Numbered from the stretch's first letter, positions 17,601 through 28,088 are shown. The stretch is DNA of 64,000 nt from a virus (IMGVR_UViG_3300028833_000073:94306-158305); one strand, 5' to 3'. Numbers and translations: made by a program. The notes: generated from the sequence alone by a model not told the origin.

Positions 17601-20600
17601 AGATTTCAATATACCTTTCCCTTATGATGGTTTCTTAGTAAGAGGTAATAAGCTTAGAGTTAGATATAAAGGAATAGAGTATAGAGAAGGTGTTGATTAC
17701 ATAATCAAGGGTAATATGTTAGAGATCTTCTCTGTAGCTAAAGCTATTCCTAAGGATGGAATATTAGAGTTCCACTTCTATACCAATGTGAATAACGAGA
17801 ACCATGTAACAGTAAGTGAAGCACAAGTAAAGATGTATACTAATGACCAAACAAGATTCAGTATTCCAGTACCATTCTATAATTACTTCAATACAGGTAA
17901 TAGAATGATTGTTACTCTAGGAGGATTATTTGTTTCTTCAGATACATACCAGCTAGTAGATAATAGACTAGAGTTCACTGATCCATCAGTCATAGGACTC
18001 ATCAAAGATAGAGAACTTAACTTCACCTTTATCTATCATACTATCTATCTCCAGTATAACAAGCAAGTCACTATAGACTACGACACCTATAGTGTCGCAG
18101 AAGAAAAAGGAAGAGAAGATGGATCTTTGAAGATAAAGATACCATTCCCATTTGAAAATTACTTAGAGCTAGGTAATACATTTGAGATGAGAGTAGATGG
18201 TATTACATTGATACCAGAGGAAGCATATGATGTAATTGATAATGAATACGCTATTATCTTTAAACCAGATATCTATGTATATCCCTATGGTGACACAATA
18301 CAGTTTGTCTTCACATATTCTTCTAATGGTTATGAAGAGAAAGTAGTAGAAGACTTAGAGAAGGATGTGGAACTTAAGTTCGTTAAAGTACCTATACTAG
18401 AGAATCCAGATAATTACCTTAAAGATGAATCTAACTATGTAGACTATGACACTATAACTAATGCTGATCCCTCATGGGATGGTGATTACTTACATGAAGA
18501 AGTTAAAGAGACTCTAATAGATAGTGAATTCTCTTATAATAGAACTAAGTACTTTGGTCTTACTAGCCTTATGTCCATGGGTAAGTTAGCATATCAGTTA
18601 CCATACTTCATGAATATCATCTTTGATAAGTTTAAGACTGAAGAGAGGCTTAAGTTAAGATTACCATACATCAATACTGGTCATCAGTTTAGATTCAATG
18701 ATGTATTGACCTATATGATGGCTCTATCACATAGGTTCATTGGAGTAGAGGATGATATTCCTACTATACAGAAGTCTCTATATGTACATGGTTTTAACTT
18801 TGAAACAGATCTAGCTACTATATCAGCTCATATCCAAGATAAGCTAGGTAATGATGGTGGACTAAACAACTATAAGATCTCAGATAAGTATAAGCAGTTT
18901 AAGAAATATGAACATCAGATTCCTACATACAAGGAGCTAATAGATCTATATACAACCAATACTGATATCTATAACCATGTAGTAGATGAGATGATTAATG
19001 CGGAGAATAAGATAATCTATGATATCTATAAGAAGATATATGACTCTCTTATGATCATTAAGTATTCTAAGCAATACTTTTCAATCAATAGAGAAGTACA
19101 ACCAACTCTTACAGCTTGGCTTAGATATAGAGATGAGTTCTTATATGATTCCCTCTTACAAGTAGATGCTATAACGGAAGAAGAAGAGAGAAAGAAGACT
19201 ATATCTACTTACTTAGAAGACTGTGTATATCAGCTAAAGGAATACTTAGATTCTGAAGACTTTAGATATATACTTGGATCTTTCCATGGTGTTGATAAGG
19301 ATGCTATACTGAAGTATCTAGTTACAGTAATAGACTTCTTCAAATCATATAAGATCCAGATATATGATACAGCTATTAAATACGTATTTGATGATAAGCT
19401 AGAGAATACACTTAGACCTATAGACTTAGCTATCTACTACTCTACATTCGATGTAGAAGCAGATGGTCATACTATCTTCGATATTATAACAGATATGTGG
19501 TCTAGATGGACTCATAAAGAAAAGATTACAGATGATATCCTTAAAGAACAGATTAAGCTAATCATTAAACAATACTTGAAGATTGATATTAATGAGAGAA
19601 TCAATATTATAGATTACATTAAGAGAGCACTAATAACTATGATGCTCAAAGATACCGTAGATATAGAGGAACTAGTCAAACTCTTAATTCAGTTCTCTAT
19701 TAGAGATAACTATGATAGTTGTATTGATTTAATCAAGAGTCTAACTTTTATGGCTCCTGAAGATAAAGTAGAAGTAATAGAGAAGATATCTACAGTGATT
19801 AAGCAGTATACTCAATTAAAGAAAGATGATATGTATACGCTACATGAGGAGATATCTAAACTCTTTGCGAATATTGATCTAAAAGATAAGTTAGATGTAG
19901 TAGAAGAGTTGTATAAGAAGGTATCACTAATTCTTAATGATATTCATGCTGACCCAGAGGATAGAGTCTTTACAACACTATCCACTATGACATTCTATGA
20001 CTTTGATGAGACTAAAGATAATGTTAAGATACTAGCTACTATATATAAGCAAGATAAATACAAAGATAAGTATGAGATTCTTTCGGATCTAGCTAAGTTA
20101 CTATCTAAGACATCTCCTAAGGATAGATATGATATATTAGACGGTATTATAACTACAACCCTATTAAATCTAAGAGATAATAATAAAATTATCATGGATT
20201 CCATGGGAGAATACTACTCTTACTCTGACGCTAAAGATTCATTCGAGCTAAAGGAAAATATAAAGAAACTCATCTTCGAGTATATTAATACTCCAGTAGA
20301 AGATAGACTAGATATCAATTCTTATATAGGATCACTAAGAAGTAAGATAATTACTTCTGATAAGCTAGATATCCTACTCAAAGCAATAGTCAAAACTACC
20401 TTAGAGATATATGATAGTGCTATACGTAACTATGATAGATTAGTATGTAATGTCTCATTTACTACAGAGGACAGAAACAATATTAGAGAAAAGCTAAGTG
20501 TGCTATGTAATACTACTATATGTAAACAATACATGGATAGAATAGCAACAGAGAATGAAATAGTATCTATCTTAAACTCTTATAAGATAATTGAGAAGAT

Positions 20601-20817
20601 AGCATCTATAAAAGAACAGATAAGACTTGCTACTATATTAGATCCCAAGGAGAAGATATCTATTCCTGAGATATTTAGCATGTTCATCTCTAGTTCTTTT
20701 AGAGATAACATCACTGTATTAGATATACCGAATATCTTTAAGAAAGTATTTGATACTAAGGAAGTATCAGATTCTATAAATATCCGTGATAATGCGATTG
20801 TGAAAACATTTGGATAA
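14644..20817 (+). CDS. Large virion structural protein (baseplate/tail-associated) with internal ~80-aa beta-rich repeats
   Basis: 2057 aa; late promoter GACA-ccatag-TA at 14607; repeats of IPxP(F/V)xNYxxxGN...G...Y.I..N.L.F. Confidence 0.7.
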   Translation: MAYQLKKIFSNNPFLDHIVYQSKYIALNCVCKDINKANKYETAETARNFDIYLACTRNPDWFLFDSIPYEVIKKAIGHKYSDRQIRRIYVPYKDNIPEEDRPAVLAEMAKYYIEHFEEKNDYYREVMGYRPSYSKERILLEDYGFENDLVAQQGKLYTYLDELPDSILYNLITNGTIQKIINDYPDEKWVAHIPMRIDTSEDGTDTLSLYMVRHAEEFDLLYMPSDADEIIREQFAERYELNQDYILGNVYSEAMKIGSEDYYDNFIQILIITCTMLDMFDTVQDHIVRRDIFDARCIEYIFEQYNVPYYSEIPIRYQQAMLKNLNTLVKFKSTARCMIDLCSLFGFESSQIFQFYILRKRKMNENGDYIFNYKTIIVPNDVEEVVKQSSVYTISNTTKIFITINPPIVNFYEDVNHKILVFLNGELVDPSLYDVDEENNRIIFHNSNDINEEDITLEYVYTNPDGTDIKQDTQEILVSDLDIDGGANPVYIRIEFPIGYNDAEIKGISVFIDGVELDDTYWTTVGGLLMIVRGNLIHDTYKITINFTWRDPDYIDLIRQKEGAESQSTTNHVIAIEYPIDHFGDDESDKIIVTTENGKVSPNDYIISGNKIFFIGEDILRNNDKIILIFQHGTDPIQEYTIQYYTRNILKTYVILNYPVENYFSSGNKVEVWINGQLLPEQYYSVYDDKLYIEDENILKNYEDIEVKYLYNNSEEEINIPDHSIIMSDESMIYTSSQSIYTLHPPVENYFDLGGYIFVILGTLLLHEDCYDILPESNQIFIHADVLNHYKFTKDMKILYMYSEAIDLKKKDVDVISTQKGQTSFIIPEPFEGYYEAGGRFFLSTGGGYIHESRYHVEGNTLIFNSPNDGLPEGKTLTFHFIYNLFSNVGIRYENVILTATSNHQTTFTIPLPYENYIADGNPIFVKIRGSYLDPQFYEILKNQIVLHNNYSLYPGAILELEFVYGTIKEIKHTMVAVKATITVQQDFNIPFPYDGFLVRGNKLRVRYKGIEYREGVDYIIKGNMLEIFSVAKAIPKDGILEFHFYTNVNNENHVTVSEAQVKMYTNDQTRFSIPVPFYNYFNTGNRMIVTLGGLFVSSDTYQLVDNRLEFTDPSVIGLIKDRELNFTFIYHTIYLQYNKQVTIDYDTYSVAEEKGREDGSLKIKIPFPFENYLELGNTFEMRVDGITLIPEEAYDVIDNEYAIIFKPDIYVYPYGDTIQFVFTYSSNGYEEKVVEDLEKDVELKFVKVPILENPDNYLKDESNYVDYDTITNADPSWDGDYLHEEVKETLIDSEFSYNRTKYFGLTSLMSMGKLAYQLPYFMNIIFDKFKTEERLKLRLPYINTGHQFRFNDVLTYMMALSHRFIGVEDDIPTIQKSLYVHGFNFETDLATISAHIQDKLGNDGGLNNYKISDKYKQFKKYEHQIPTYKELIDLYTTNTDIYNHVVDEMINAENKIIYDIYKKIYDSLMIIKYSKQYFSINREVQPTLTAWLRYRDEFLYDSLLQVDAITEEEERKKTISTYLEDCVYQLKEYLDSEDFRYILGSFHGVDKDAILKYLVTVIDFFKSYKIQIYDTAIKYVFDDKLENTLRPIDLAIYYSTFDVEADGHTIFDIITDMWSRWTHKEKITDDILKEQIKLIIKQYLKIDINERINIIDYIKRALITMMLKDTVDIEELVKLLIQFSIRDNYDSCIDLIKSLTFMAPEDKVEVIEKISTVIKQYTQLKKDDMYTLHEEISKLFANIDLKDKLDVVEELYKKVSLILNDIHADPEDRVFTTLSTMTFYDFDETKDNVKILATIYKQDKYKDKYEILSDLAKLLSKTSPKDRYDILDGIITTTLLNLRDNNKIIMDSMGEYYSYSDAKDSFELKENIKKLIFEYINTPVEDRLDINSYIGSLRSKIITSDKLDILLKAIVKTTLEIYDSAIRNYDRLVCNVSFTTEDRNNIREKLSVLCNTTICKQYMDRIATENEIVSILNSYKIIEKIASIKEQIRLATILDPKEKISIPEIFSMFISSSFRDNITVLDIPNIFKKVFDTKEVSDSINIRDNAIVKTFG

Positions 20818-20879
20818 TGTATAGGAATCTTGTATGGAGGAGAATCCTCCTTAATAATACACGAGGAGGCAGTAATACA

Positions 20880-21689
20880 ATGAGTAAACAAAGATATTAT
20901 AAGAAGATAAATGCATTTGATCAGGGTAAACTTGATCGTGATTATGCCAATATTACAAAGACTTCTATCCTTATTAAAGTCCCTGGAACGGATATTGTTC
21001 TATTCAAGGGCCATAATAAGGTAATTCTTCCTGGTGCTGGATTTACTGCTAGAGCACACTTTGATATTCCTAGAGATGAAATCACCCCATCCTATAATCA
21101 AGCCTTATCACTAGAGAATACAGTCAATGAAGTTCCTAGCAGTAAAGAAAAGGTATATTTATTCTGTGTAGGTAATGATGGATGTGGTAAAGAGAACTCA
21201 GATGTATACAAAGTCAACTACGGAAAATGGATTTTCCCAGAATCATTGATTCCCTTTAGATATCCATTGCTTGCAGAAGATTTGACTGGAGCTATGAGAG
21301 ACGTATACTTTGGACGTAAGGTAGATGGAGATCGAGTTGCTTACTATTTTAAGGCCTTTGAATCTGTTCCTACCTTTTCACAGAAGTATACTGACGGAAC
21401 AGTCATTGATGAGAATGTATATGAATCTGAGAAGACCGATGAAATTGAATCCTTTATCTCTGTTGGCCTTAAGGTAGAGCCTGAAGATTGTAGAGAATGG
21501 TATAAGAATACTACTGGTATTAATGATGCCAAAGTAAATACATTCTCATTATGTACTGCATGGGCAAAGACTATTGATGGTCAAATCTACTATCAAGACA
21601 TTCGTCCATTAACTAAGTACAACATACCTAATGAATCTCTCATTGAGATCTCAAAAGGAATTCAGATCGAATATCACCTCTATTATTGA
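20880..21689 (+). CDS. Putative virion structural protein
   Basis: GAGGAGG RBS favours ATG 20880 over 20817; follows large structural gene; beta-rich. Confidence 0.6.
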   Translation: MSKQRYYKKINAFDQGKLDRDYANITKTSILIKVPGTDIVLFKGHNKVILPGAGFTARAHFDIPRDEITPSYNQALSLENTVNEVPSSKEKVYLFCVGNDGCGKENSDVYKVNYGKWIFPESLIPFRYPLLAEDLTGAMRDVYFGRKVDGDRVAYYFKAFESVPTFSQKYTDGTVIDENVYESEKTDEIESFISVGLKVEPEDCREWYKNTTGINDAKVNTFSLCTAWAKTIDGQIYYQDIRPLTKYNIPNESLIEISKGIQIEYHLYY

Positions 21690-21743
21690 TACAGGTTTGG
21701 GTACTATTACGAACATGAAATCAAAAGGGTATACTACTTTTGC

Positions 21744-21850
21744 AAGAAAAGAGAGAGAGCAATATGCTCTCTCCGTCTTTTCTTTAAGTGTGTTGCGTAT
21801 GTCGTCTGTAGATGTGCCGAGAGGAACAACTAACCCTAGAAGTCGTCCTT
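21744..21850 (-). ncRNA. Putative ~105-nt sRNA
   Basis: TACT-ataaaa-TA at 21861-21850; GC-enriched body; ends at bidirectional hairpin 21753-21773. Confidence 0.35.
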
Positions 21851-21914
21851 ATTTTATAGTAAGGTATGAATTAATAAAAGATACTTCTTAGTAAATAAGA
21901 AAAGAGGTGCTATA

Positions 21915-23255
21915 ATGGCTAAGCGTAAATCTAATCATATTACTAATAAAGATGATATAGACTATATCCTTAGTCTTACTGAGGATGACTTAAATAGATT
22001 ATCAGTTATTCTAGGAATGTTCGGTACCTTTAATGGTAAGAGAAGGTTTAATACTTATGATACAATAAATATTCCTCCTGGTAGTTATGGTAAGGGGGAT
22101 AAGAAAAATAAGAATACCTTCACTACAACTATAGGAAGATATGTATATAATAAGATCTTTATTGAACAGGATCTCTTTGAGATAAAGGGATATATAAATC
22201 AGACTATCAATAAGAAGATGTTTAAGAAGCTTAATAAGACTCTAGCCCAAGGAATACTAGAAGAGAAGATTCCACTTGATGTATTGAAGAGATATCTAAT
22301 GAAGACACAAAAGCTTATGCCTGTAGTGACAGTATTGATGGAGAATGAATCGGATGCTATGTATATGCTAGCAGATAAGATAGCTCCTAAGAAAAAACAG
22401 CTTCTAGCAAAGTATAAGAAAGAGATAGATGATGGGCATGATGATGTAATTCCTAAGATTGAGAAGGAATTGATTGATTATGCTAAATCTTTACTACAAG
22501 ATGATGGTTCTCTTGATGTCTTTGATAATGGTGAGTCCGCTGACTACTCTAATAACTTCAAAAACATGTTTATCATGAAGGGTCTAGTAAAGAGAAATGG
22601 TGCTGATGGATACAATGTTATTACCTCTGACTATATGAGAGGAATCAGTAAAGATGAGTATGTAATGTTTGCAGACTCACTAGCAGCAGGACCATATTCT
22701 AGAGCTAGAAAGACAGCTACTGGTGGACACTGGGAGAAGTTATTTAGAATATTTGAGCATGTAGTACTAGATGAACCTGGTACTGATTGTAAGACAAAGA
22801 GAACTATTGAGGTTAAGCTAGATGATACTATGATTGGATATCTGATGTATAGCTACGTAGTGGATGGTAATAAGCTAGTTGAGCTTACATCGGATACAGT
22901 AGATAAATATAGAGATAAGACAGTGAAGTTAAGATTCTCTTCTTTATGTGAATCTAAGAATGGTAAGATATGTAGTAAGTGTGCTGGTAATAAATTCTAT
23001 AGATTAGGAATAAAGAATATTGGATCCGCTGTACCTCAAGTAGGATCTAAGATAAAGAATATCAACATGAAGGCATTCCATGATAGTCAGGTAGTATTCC
23101 AAGATATGGATGTAATGAAAGCATTCTTTCCATTTGGAGCAAAAGGTAAAGTAACTATCAATGAAGATGTAAATGACTATGGAATTAAAGTAGAGACAAT
23201 AGAAGAACAGATGACTCATGCAAATAACTTAGAACTAAATGTCTTTAATGAGTAG
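21915..23255 (+). CDS. Multisubunit RNA polymerase beta' C-terminal subunit (probably virion RNAP)
   Basis: Bridge-helix-like ARKTATGGHWEK, DCKT, RFSSLC...ICSKCAG zinc site, trigger-loop-like INMKAFH; late-type promoter TACT-tcttag-TA. Confidence 0.85.
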   Translation: MAKRKSNHITNKDDIDYILSLTEDDLNRLSVILGMFGTFNGKRRFNTYDTINIPPGSYGKGDKKNKNTFTTTIGRYVYNKIFIEQDLFEIKGYINQTINKKMFKKLNKTLAQGILEEKIPLDVLKRYLMKTQKLMPVVTVLMENESDAMYMLADKIAPKKKQLLAKYKKEIDDGHDDVIPKIEKELIDYAKSLLQDDGSLDVFDNGESADYSNNFKNMFIMKGLVKRNGADGYNVITSDYMRGISKDEYVMFADSLAAGPYSRARKTATGGHWEKLFRIFEHVVLDEPGTDCKTKRTIEVKLDDTMIGYLMYSYVVDGNKLVELTSDTVDKYRDKTVKLRFSSLCESKNGKICSKCAGNKFYRLGIKNIGSAVPQVGSKIKNINMKAFHDSQVVFQDMDVMKAFFPFGAKGKVTINEDVNDYGIKVETIEEQMTHANNLELNVFNE

Positions 23256-23319
23256 AAAACGAGGGTGCATAGCACCCTCAACTTCTTATTAATGTAGGTT
23301 TAGAAAGAAGGTTTAAAAT

Positions 23320-24117
23320 ATGAATGAAACAGAGGCGATCAATGGTGTAGCTAGCATATCCAAACTTATCTATGAATATGGTCCTGCTGTAACTATGATG
23401 TCAGTAATCCTTATACTCTTCATAGTTATTCTATTCTATTTTCTTAGATCTCAACAGAAAGCAAATGAAAATATAATGAATGAGCATAAGCTTCTGATTG
23501 AGAATATGCTTGCACAACAGAAAGAAAGAGAAAAGTTTATGATGGAGTATAAGAAGGAGAGCGAAGTACCAAGCAATAAAGAGCTTATGGATAACTATAT
23601 GAAGATTAATAATGATATTAGATCTCATGTAGCCGTAAATATCTTAAGTCTTAATGCTTGTAGAATGTGCATCTTCCTATTCCATAATGGAACTAAGTCT
23701 CTTGGTAATTTTCCTTTCTTTAAGTTCTCATGTATATGTGAGCAGACAACAAACGTGAAGTATGTTAGAATAAACAAGCAACATGATTACCCAGTTAATC
23801 TTATGAGTGACTTCATTGCTAATTTATATGATCATAGTGAAATCTCTTACTATAACCAAGAGAGTCATAAGGTTATAGAAGAGGATCCTATGCTAGAGAA
23901 GATACTATCGAATCATCATGATAAGTTTATAATCAGAGGAATCTTTGACTCTTCTTCCTCCTTGCTAGGATTCGTTCTAGTAGAGTTTAAAGATGAGAAT
24001 ATTAATGATGATAATTATCCTGAGAAAGCAAAGATAATAAAGAGACTCATAAATGAGTTAGCTCCTATCTTTGAATACTCTAATCTTAATCAAGTATATC
24101 AGGAGGCGAATAGATAA
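23320..24117 (+). CDS. Putative holin-like membrane protein (N-terminal TM plus GAF-like domain)
   Basis: TM VILILFIVILFYFL; IFLFHNG...FFKFSCICE; late promoter AACT-tcttat-TA. Confidence 0.5.
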   Translation: MNETEAINGVASISKLIYEYGPAVTMMSVILILFIVILFYFLRSQQKANENIMNEHKLLIENMLAQQKEREKFMMEYKKESEVPSNKELMDNYMKINNDIRSHVAVNILSLNACRMCIFLFHNGTKSLGNFPFFKFSCICEQTTNVKYVRINKQHDYPVNLMSDFIANLYDHSEISYYNQESHKVIEEDPMLEKILSNHHDKFIIRGIFDSSSSLLGFVLVEFKDENINDDNYPEKAKIIKRLINELAPIFEYSNLNQVYQEANR

Positions 24118-25499
24118 TGAAACCAAAGATTCTTGAGGATAGAATTTTTGCTTCACATAATGTTAGTGTTGGTAACCTAGTAGAGTTTAATAACTCTACT
24201 GGTACTGAGTTAAAAGATTCTAGTATCAAATCAAATGATGTGCTAAAACTAGTATCTATGATTAATAATCTTGTACAGCATCTAGCTAATGATACTAACC
24301 ATGTTTCTGATGAAGATAGAGCTAGATGGGATAAGAGAGAAGCAGTAACTGATCACATGGCAGATAAGTCTATCCATGTATCATCTCAAGATAGAGAATA
24401 TTGGAATGAGAAGGAGTCAGTAGCTGGTGCTCAAGCTAAAGCTGATGCTGTTATGAGTCAAGCTAATAAGCATATCTATGACTCTAATGTACATATTACT
24501 CTTGCAGATAAGAATAAGTTAAATAATGTATACTCTAAGGAAGAGATTGAAGCTCTAATCTCTACACTACAGACAAATAACCAATGGAAAGAAGCAGTCA
24601 ATACATATGAAGATTTATATACTACTTACCCAGATCCACTAGATGGTTGGACAGTCAATATCCTTGAATCTGATCTTACTTATAGATGGACTGGTGATGA
24701 ATGGATTGCAATTTCAGCTAACTTTATTCCAGTAGCTACTCAAGAAGTAGATGGTAAACTATCTAAGTATGATAAGAGAAAACTAGATGGAATTGAAGAT
24801 GGAGCTAATAGATATGTACATCCATCTGATCAGTATACTCGACATGTAACTGATAACCAGATTGCTATATGGAGTGGTAAGGCTGATAATAAACTAGCAG
24901 ATTATCTTAATGATGGTCTACTTACCAAGGAAGATAAAGTAAAGCTAGATAACATCGAGGAATTTGCTAATCATTATGAACACCCAGGTACTCATAGTGC
25001 TCGTATGATTGAAACAACAGAAGACTTAGCATTCATCTCTGAGGAAGAGAGAACCTATTGGAATGCTAAGGCTGATAGTAATAGGGCTACTATCTTCAAA
25101 GATGGTATTATGTCTAATGAAGATAAGAAGAAGTTAGATGGTATTGCAGAAAAAGCTAATCTATATACACATCCAGCTACTCATAACCCAGATATTATAG
25201 CGGAGAATGCAGATAAACAATTTGTATCATCTCAGGATAAAACAGTATGGAATGCAAAGTTTGGTAGAGGAAACTTCATTAGAGGTTCTGCTGTACTTAA
25301 TGGTACTGCTGGAACTAAGATTGTACATTCACTATTTGATATGACAAATTCATATAGTGTAATGATTACATTAACCTCAGCAGTAACACCAGATAGAACT
25401 GGTCAAATCTATGTAGTCAAAGATCCTAATGCTATCTTTGTATATTCTACTGGAGGTAATATCACAGACTCATTTGACTACTTGATCATTGAGAAGTAA
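24117..25499 (+). CDS. Fibre-like virion protein with HV(S/T)xxDRxxWNxK and DGxMSxEDKxKLDGI repeats
   Basis: Repeats visible in translation; related to the genes at 51386-54633. Confidence 0.7.
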   Translation: MKPKILEDRIFASHNVSVGNLVEFNNSTGTELKDSSIKSNDVLKLVSMINNLVQHLANDTNHVSDEDRARWDKREAVTDHMADKSIHVSSQDREYWNEKESVAGAQAKADAVMSQANKHIYDSNVHITLADKNKLNNVYSKEEIEALISTLQTNNQWKEAVNTYEDLYTTYPDPLDGWTVNILESDLTYRWTGDEWIAISANFIPVATQEVDGKLSKYDKRKLDGIEDGANRYVHPSDQYTRHVTDNQIAIWSGKADNKLADYLNDGLLTKEDKVKLDNIEEFANHYEHPGTHSARMIETTEDLAFISEEERTYWNAKADSNRATIFKDGIMSNEDKKKLDGIAEKANLYTHPATHNPDIIAENADKQFVSSQDKTVWNAKFGRGNFIRGSAVLNGTAGTKIVHSLFDMTNSYSVMITLTSAVTPDRTGQIYVVKDPNAIFVYSTGGNITDSFDYLIIEK

Positions 25500-25518
25500 G
25501 AGGTGAGATGTTACTACG

Positions 25519-25878
25519 ATGAATATTATCAATAAGCTTAAAAGCTTCTTCGTTAGAGAATATGATGAAGAACCATTAAAAGAGGATCCTATAGACAAAT
25601 TTAAGAAACAATTAGAAGAAGCACATCATCATGCAGTTGTCTTTGGATATAATGATCTTATGTGTATTTTTAAACCTTACTACGATGCAATAGATAGAGC
25701 CTTTGATGAACATGATCCTAGAAGAAGTGAACGTCAAAAGATAATAACTTCTATGCTAAACTGTTATATGGATGAGTGTATGAGTGCTATATCTGAGAGA
25801 GAAGTGTATCTAATTAAAGAGACAGTGCTTAGAATGTCATATATCATAATGAATAGTATAATCAAGGAGAAAAAATAA
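25519..25878 (+). CDS. Hypothetical protein
   Basis: GAGGTG RBS; followed by hairpin 25881-25902. Confidence 0.65.
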   Translation: MNIINKLKSFFVREYDEEPLKEDPIDKFKKQLEEAHHHAVVFGYNDLMCIFKPYYDAIDRAFDEHDPRRSERQKIITSMLNCYMDECMSAISEREVYLIKETVLRMSYIIMNSIIKEKK

Positions 25879-25902
25879 AAGAGGGGACCTAATGGTCCTC
25901 TC

Positions 25903-27234
25903 TTAAAATATTCTATTTCTATTGTGACCATGGACTTCAATCATAGCATTATGAACAAAGGGTAAATCACAATAGACTACGATATTAGACTTTAGCTTTA
26001 TAGGTACTGCTCTAGTATTAAGAGTCATATTATTCCAATCTATAAAGGATTGCATCTCTTTCATATTGTTAAATACCTTGATCTCCATAAAGACATCAGG
26101 TGAAACTCCTCGTACTCTACAGTACTCTATTGTATCTAGTATATCATTCTGAGTTACATCTCCACCGGTAGTAAACATATCATTCAAGTTTATTCTAATT
26201 GGCTCATTAGGATTATCCGACTCATATTCTCCATCTACATATATATGCCATCCATTAGCATTCTTAGATGGAATAGGAGTGAAGACAAGAGCAGAAACAA
26301 CTACATCTCCTTCACTACTATCTCTATACATCACATGGTTAGTCTCATACTCAGACCAATATACATAGTACTTAGGATATGGCATATATGCAGTACATGT
26401 CATCTCAAGTCCATAGTTAGTATGAGTCATTCCTTCATTCTCACCATCATCTATATCTAGATTGATATCTCTTATATGAACTATAATCTCAGTTACTCTC
26501 ATATAGAACTCATATCTATGATTCACACCACGAATCTTATACATGAATGGTAATACTGAGTATGTATTCATGTAATTAAGAAAGGCAGTATAATCTACTG
26601 GCATTCCCTTATCATCTATCTCAAAGTGTAAGTCTTTAGCCAATCTAGATATCAATCTACTAGGAACTAAGAAGTCTATATTAGCATGAAGTGACATAGT
26701 TTTTCCTACTCTACACTTCATTAGAATCTCATCATATAGATCATATTGCTTAGCCCTAGTATCTACTTGGATTCTATAAGTGAAGTCCACCTTATTGAGT
26801 CTAGATATAAGTCCTAGCTGGACGTTATTATCTTTATCTCTGAAGAAGGTGTTCTTATCTTGGGTTCTATTGATGTAACCCATAATGGAATTATAATCAT
26901 CATCTATGAATTCTCTATTGTATTGAATATCTGGCTTAGGTATAATAGACAACTTAGGTCTCTGTCTCTTTACCCAGTCTCTTATAGTCCAATGCATCAT
27001 ATCATGAAATGGATCATGACCATCTAGATTGATTGCATTGAATATAGGTTTCTCTGTTCTAGCATCTATAAACTTATTCACGAACCAGTTATACATATAC
27101 TCTACGCACATAGATATTCCATCTACTCTACCTGGAAGATATAGAGCAGAATTCAATCTCTTATATACAATATTACACATCTCTTCTATCTTAACTGGCA
27201 CCATATTGTGCGGTGTTCCTCTAGGTGGAATCAT
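25903..27234 (-). CDS. Hypothetical protein, possibly structural
   Basis: 443 aa ORF, GAGGTG RBS. Confidence 0.7.
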   Translation of the reverse strand: MIPPRGTPHNMVPVKIEEMCNIVYKRLNSALYLPGRVDGISMCVEYMYNWFVNKFIDARTEKPIFNAINLDGHDPFHDMMHWTIRDWVKRQRPKLSIIPKPDIQYNREFIDDDYNSIMGYINRTQDKNTFFRDKDNNVQLGLISRLNKVDFTYRIQVDTRAKQYDLYDEILMKCRVGKTMSLHANIDFLVPSRLISRLAKDLHFEIDDKGMPVDYTAFLNYMNTYSVLPFMYKIRGVNHRYEFYMRVTEIIVHIRDINLDIDDGENEGMTHTNYGLEMTCTAYMPYPKYYVYWSEYETNHVMYRDSSEGDVVVSALVFTPIPSKNANGWHIYVDGEYESDNPNEPIRINLNDMFTTGGDVTQNDILDTIEYCRVRGVSPDVFMEIKVFNNMKEMQSFIDWNNMTLNTRAVPIKLKSNIVVYCDLPFVHNAMIEVHGHNRNRIF

Positions 27235-27247
27235 TAGCTATCACCTC

Positions 27248-27547
27248 TTACTTAGAGGTTTTAGGTATATTTGTGTCATCTATGTAAGCCCATGCAGATA
27301 CTTCATTAGCATAGTATATACTAGAATCTCCTATCCACCTATATGGCTTAGTATCAAACTCAGTCATTTCTGATATAGGTATAACATCTCTACAGGCTAT
27401 ATATATTTTCACTGGTATTCCATTTATTTTAGTCGTTCTTTTGGGAACATATATCAATACCATCTCACCAGGTATAGGTGTTTTATCTTCAGGATCAAAC
27501 CATTTCATATAAGATAATGTGTCAAGATTAATATCCAGTACTGACAT
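27248..27547 (-). CDS. DUF551-like small protein
   Basis: W.DPEDKTP...VLIYVP...VSAWAYI pattern. Confidence 0.6.
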   Translation of the reverse strand: MSVLDINLDTLSYMKWFDPEDKTPIPGEMVLIYVPKRTTKINGIPVKIYIACRDVIPISEMTEFDTKPYRWIGDSSIYYANEVSAWAYIDDTNIPKTSK

Positions 27548-27582
27548 GATATATCATCTCCTTACTATACAAGTATTACATC

Positions 27583-27629
27583 AAAAAATAAAAGATTTGA
27601 CAAAACAGAAAAGCCCTCCGAAGAGGGCC
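27583..27629. repeat. 47-bp exact direct repeat containing minus-strand terminator (copy 1)
   Basis: aaaaaataaaagatttgacaaaacagaaaagccctccgaagagggcc; UUCG loop on minus strand. Confidence 0.9.
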
Positions 27630-27638
27630 GGTGTTTAT

Positions 27639-28088
27639 TTACTTTGTTTCATTTACATATACTTCTTCAAGGATACTATCCAAGTATTCAAGATACTCTT
27701 TGTCCTTCTGGCTAAGATTATCAATCTTACCAGTTCTTATATAGAAATGCTTTAATGTCTCGAACTCACATGGATAATCCATTTCTTCAGGTTTATCAAT
27801 ATCTGCCCAGGCTACAACAGATTGTCCAAAATATTTTGTAGAACAAGTGCTATGCCATTCATATTCTCTTAAGTTATTTCCCATGAACCTGTTCTCAATG
27901 CATGATTTAGGCATCATTTCACGATACACAATATCATAACACGCATGTTTACCATCAATATATACTGGTCTAAATGGAACATACCCTAAAACTAGCTTTC
28001 CAAGAGGCGGAAGTTCATCCAAGCAATTATGCCAATGAAGATTAGATAGTAACTTTCCGTTTTGATCCAATGTAATAATGTCTTTCAT
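27639..28088 (-). CDS. DUF551-like protein, paralog of 27248..27547
   Basis: WHNCLDELP...VLGYVP...VVAWADI; AGGAGG RBS favours start 28088; own early promoter. Confidence 0.65.
   Translation of the reverse strand: MKDIITLDQNGKLLSNLHWHNCLDELPPLGKLVLGYVPFRPVYIDGKHACYDIVYREMMPKSCIENRFMGNNLREYEWHSTCSTKYFGQSVVAWADIDKPEEMDYPCEFETLKHFYIRTGKIDNLSQKDKEYLEYLDSILEEVYVNETK

Noticed and set aside
21631-21891. 86-aa ORF
   Set aside because: Runs through a terminator hairpin and has no RBS.
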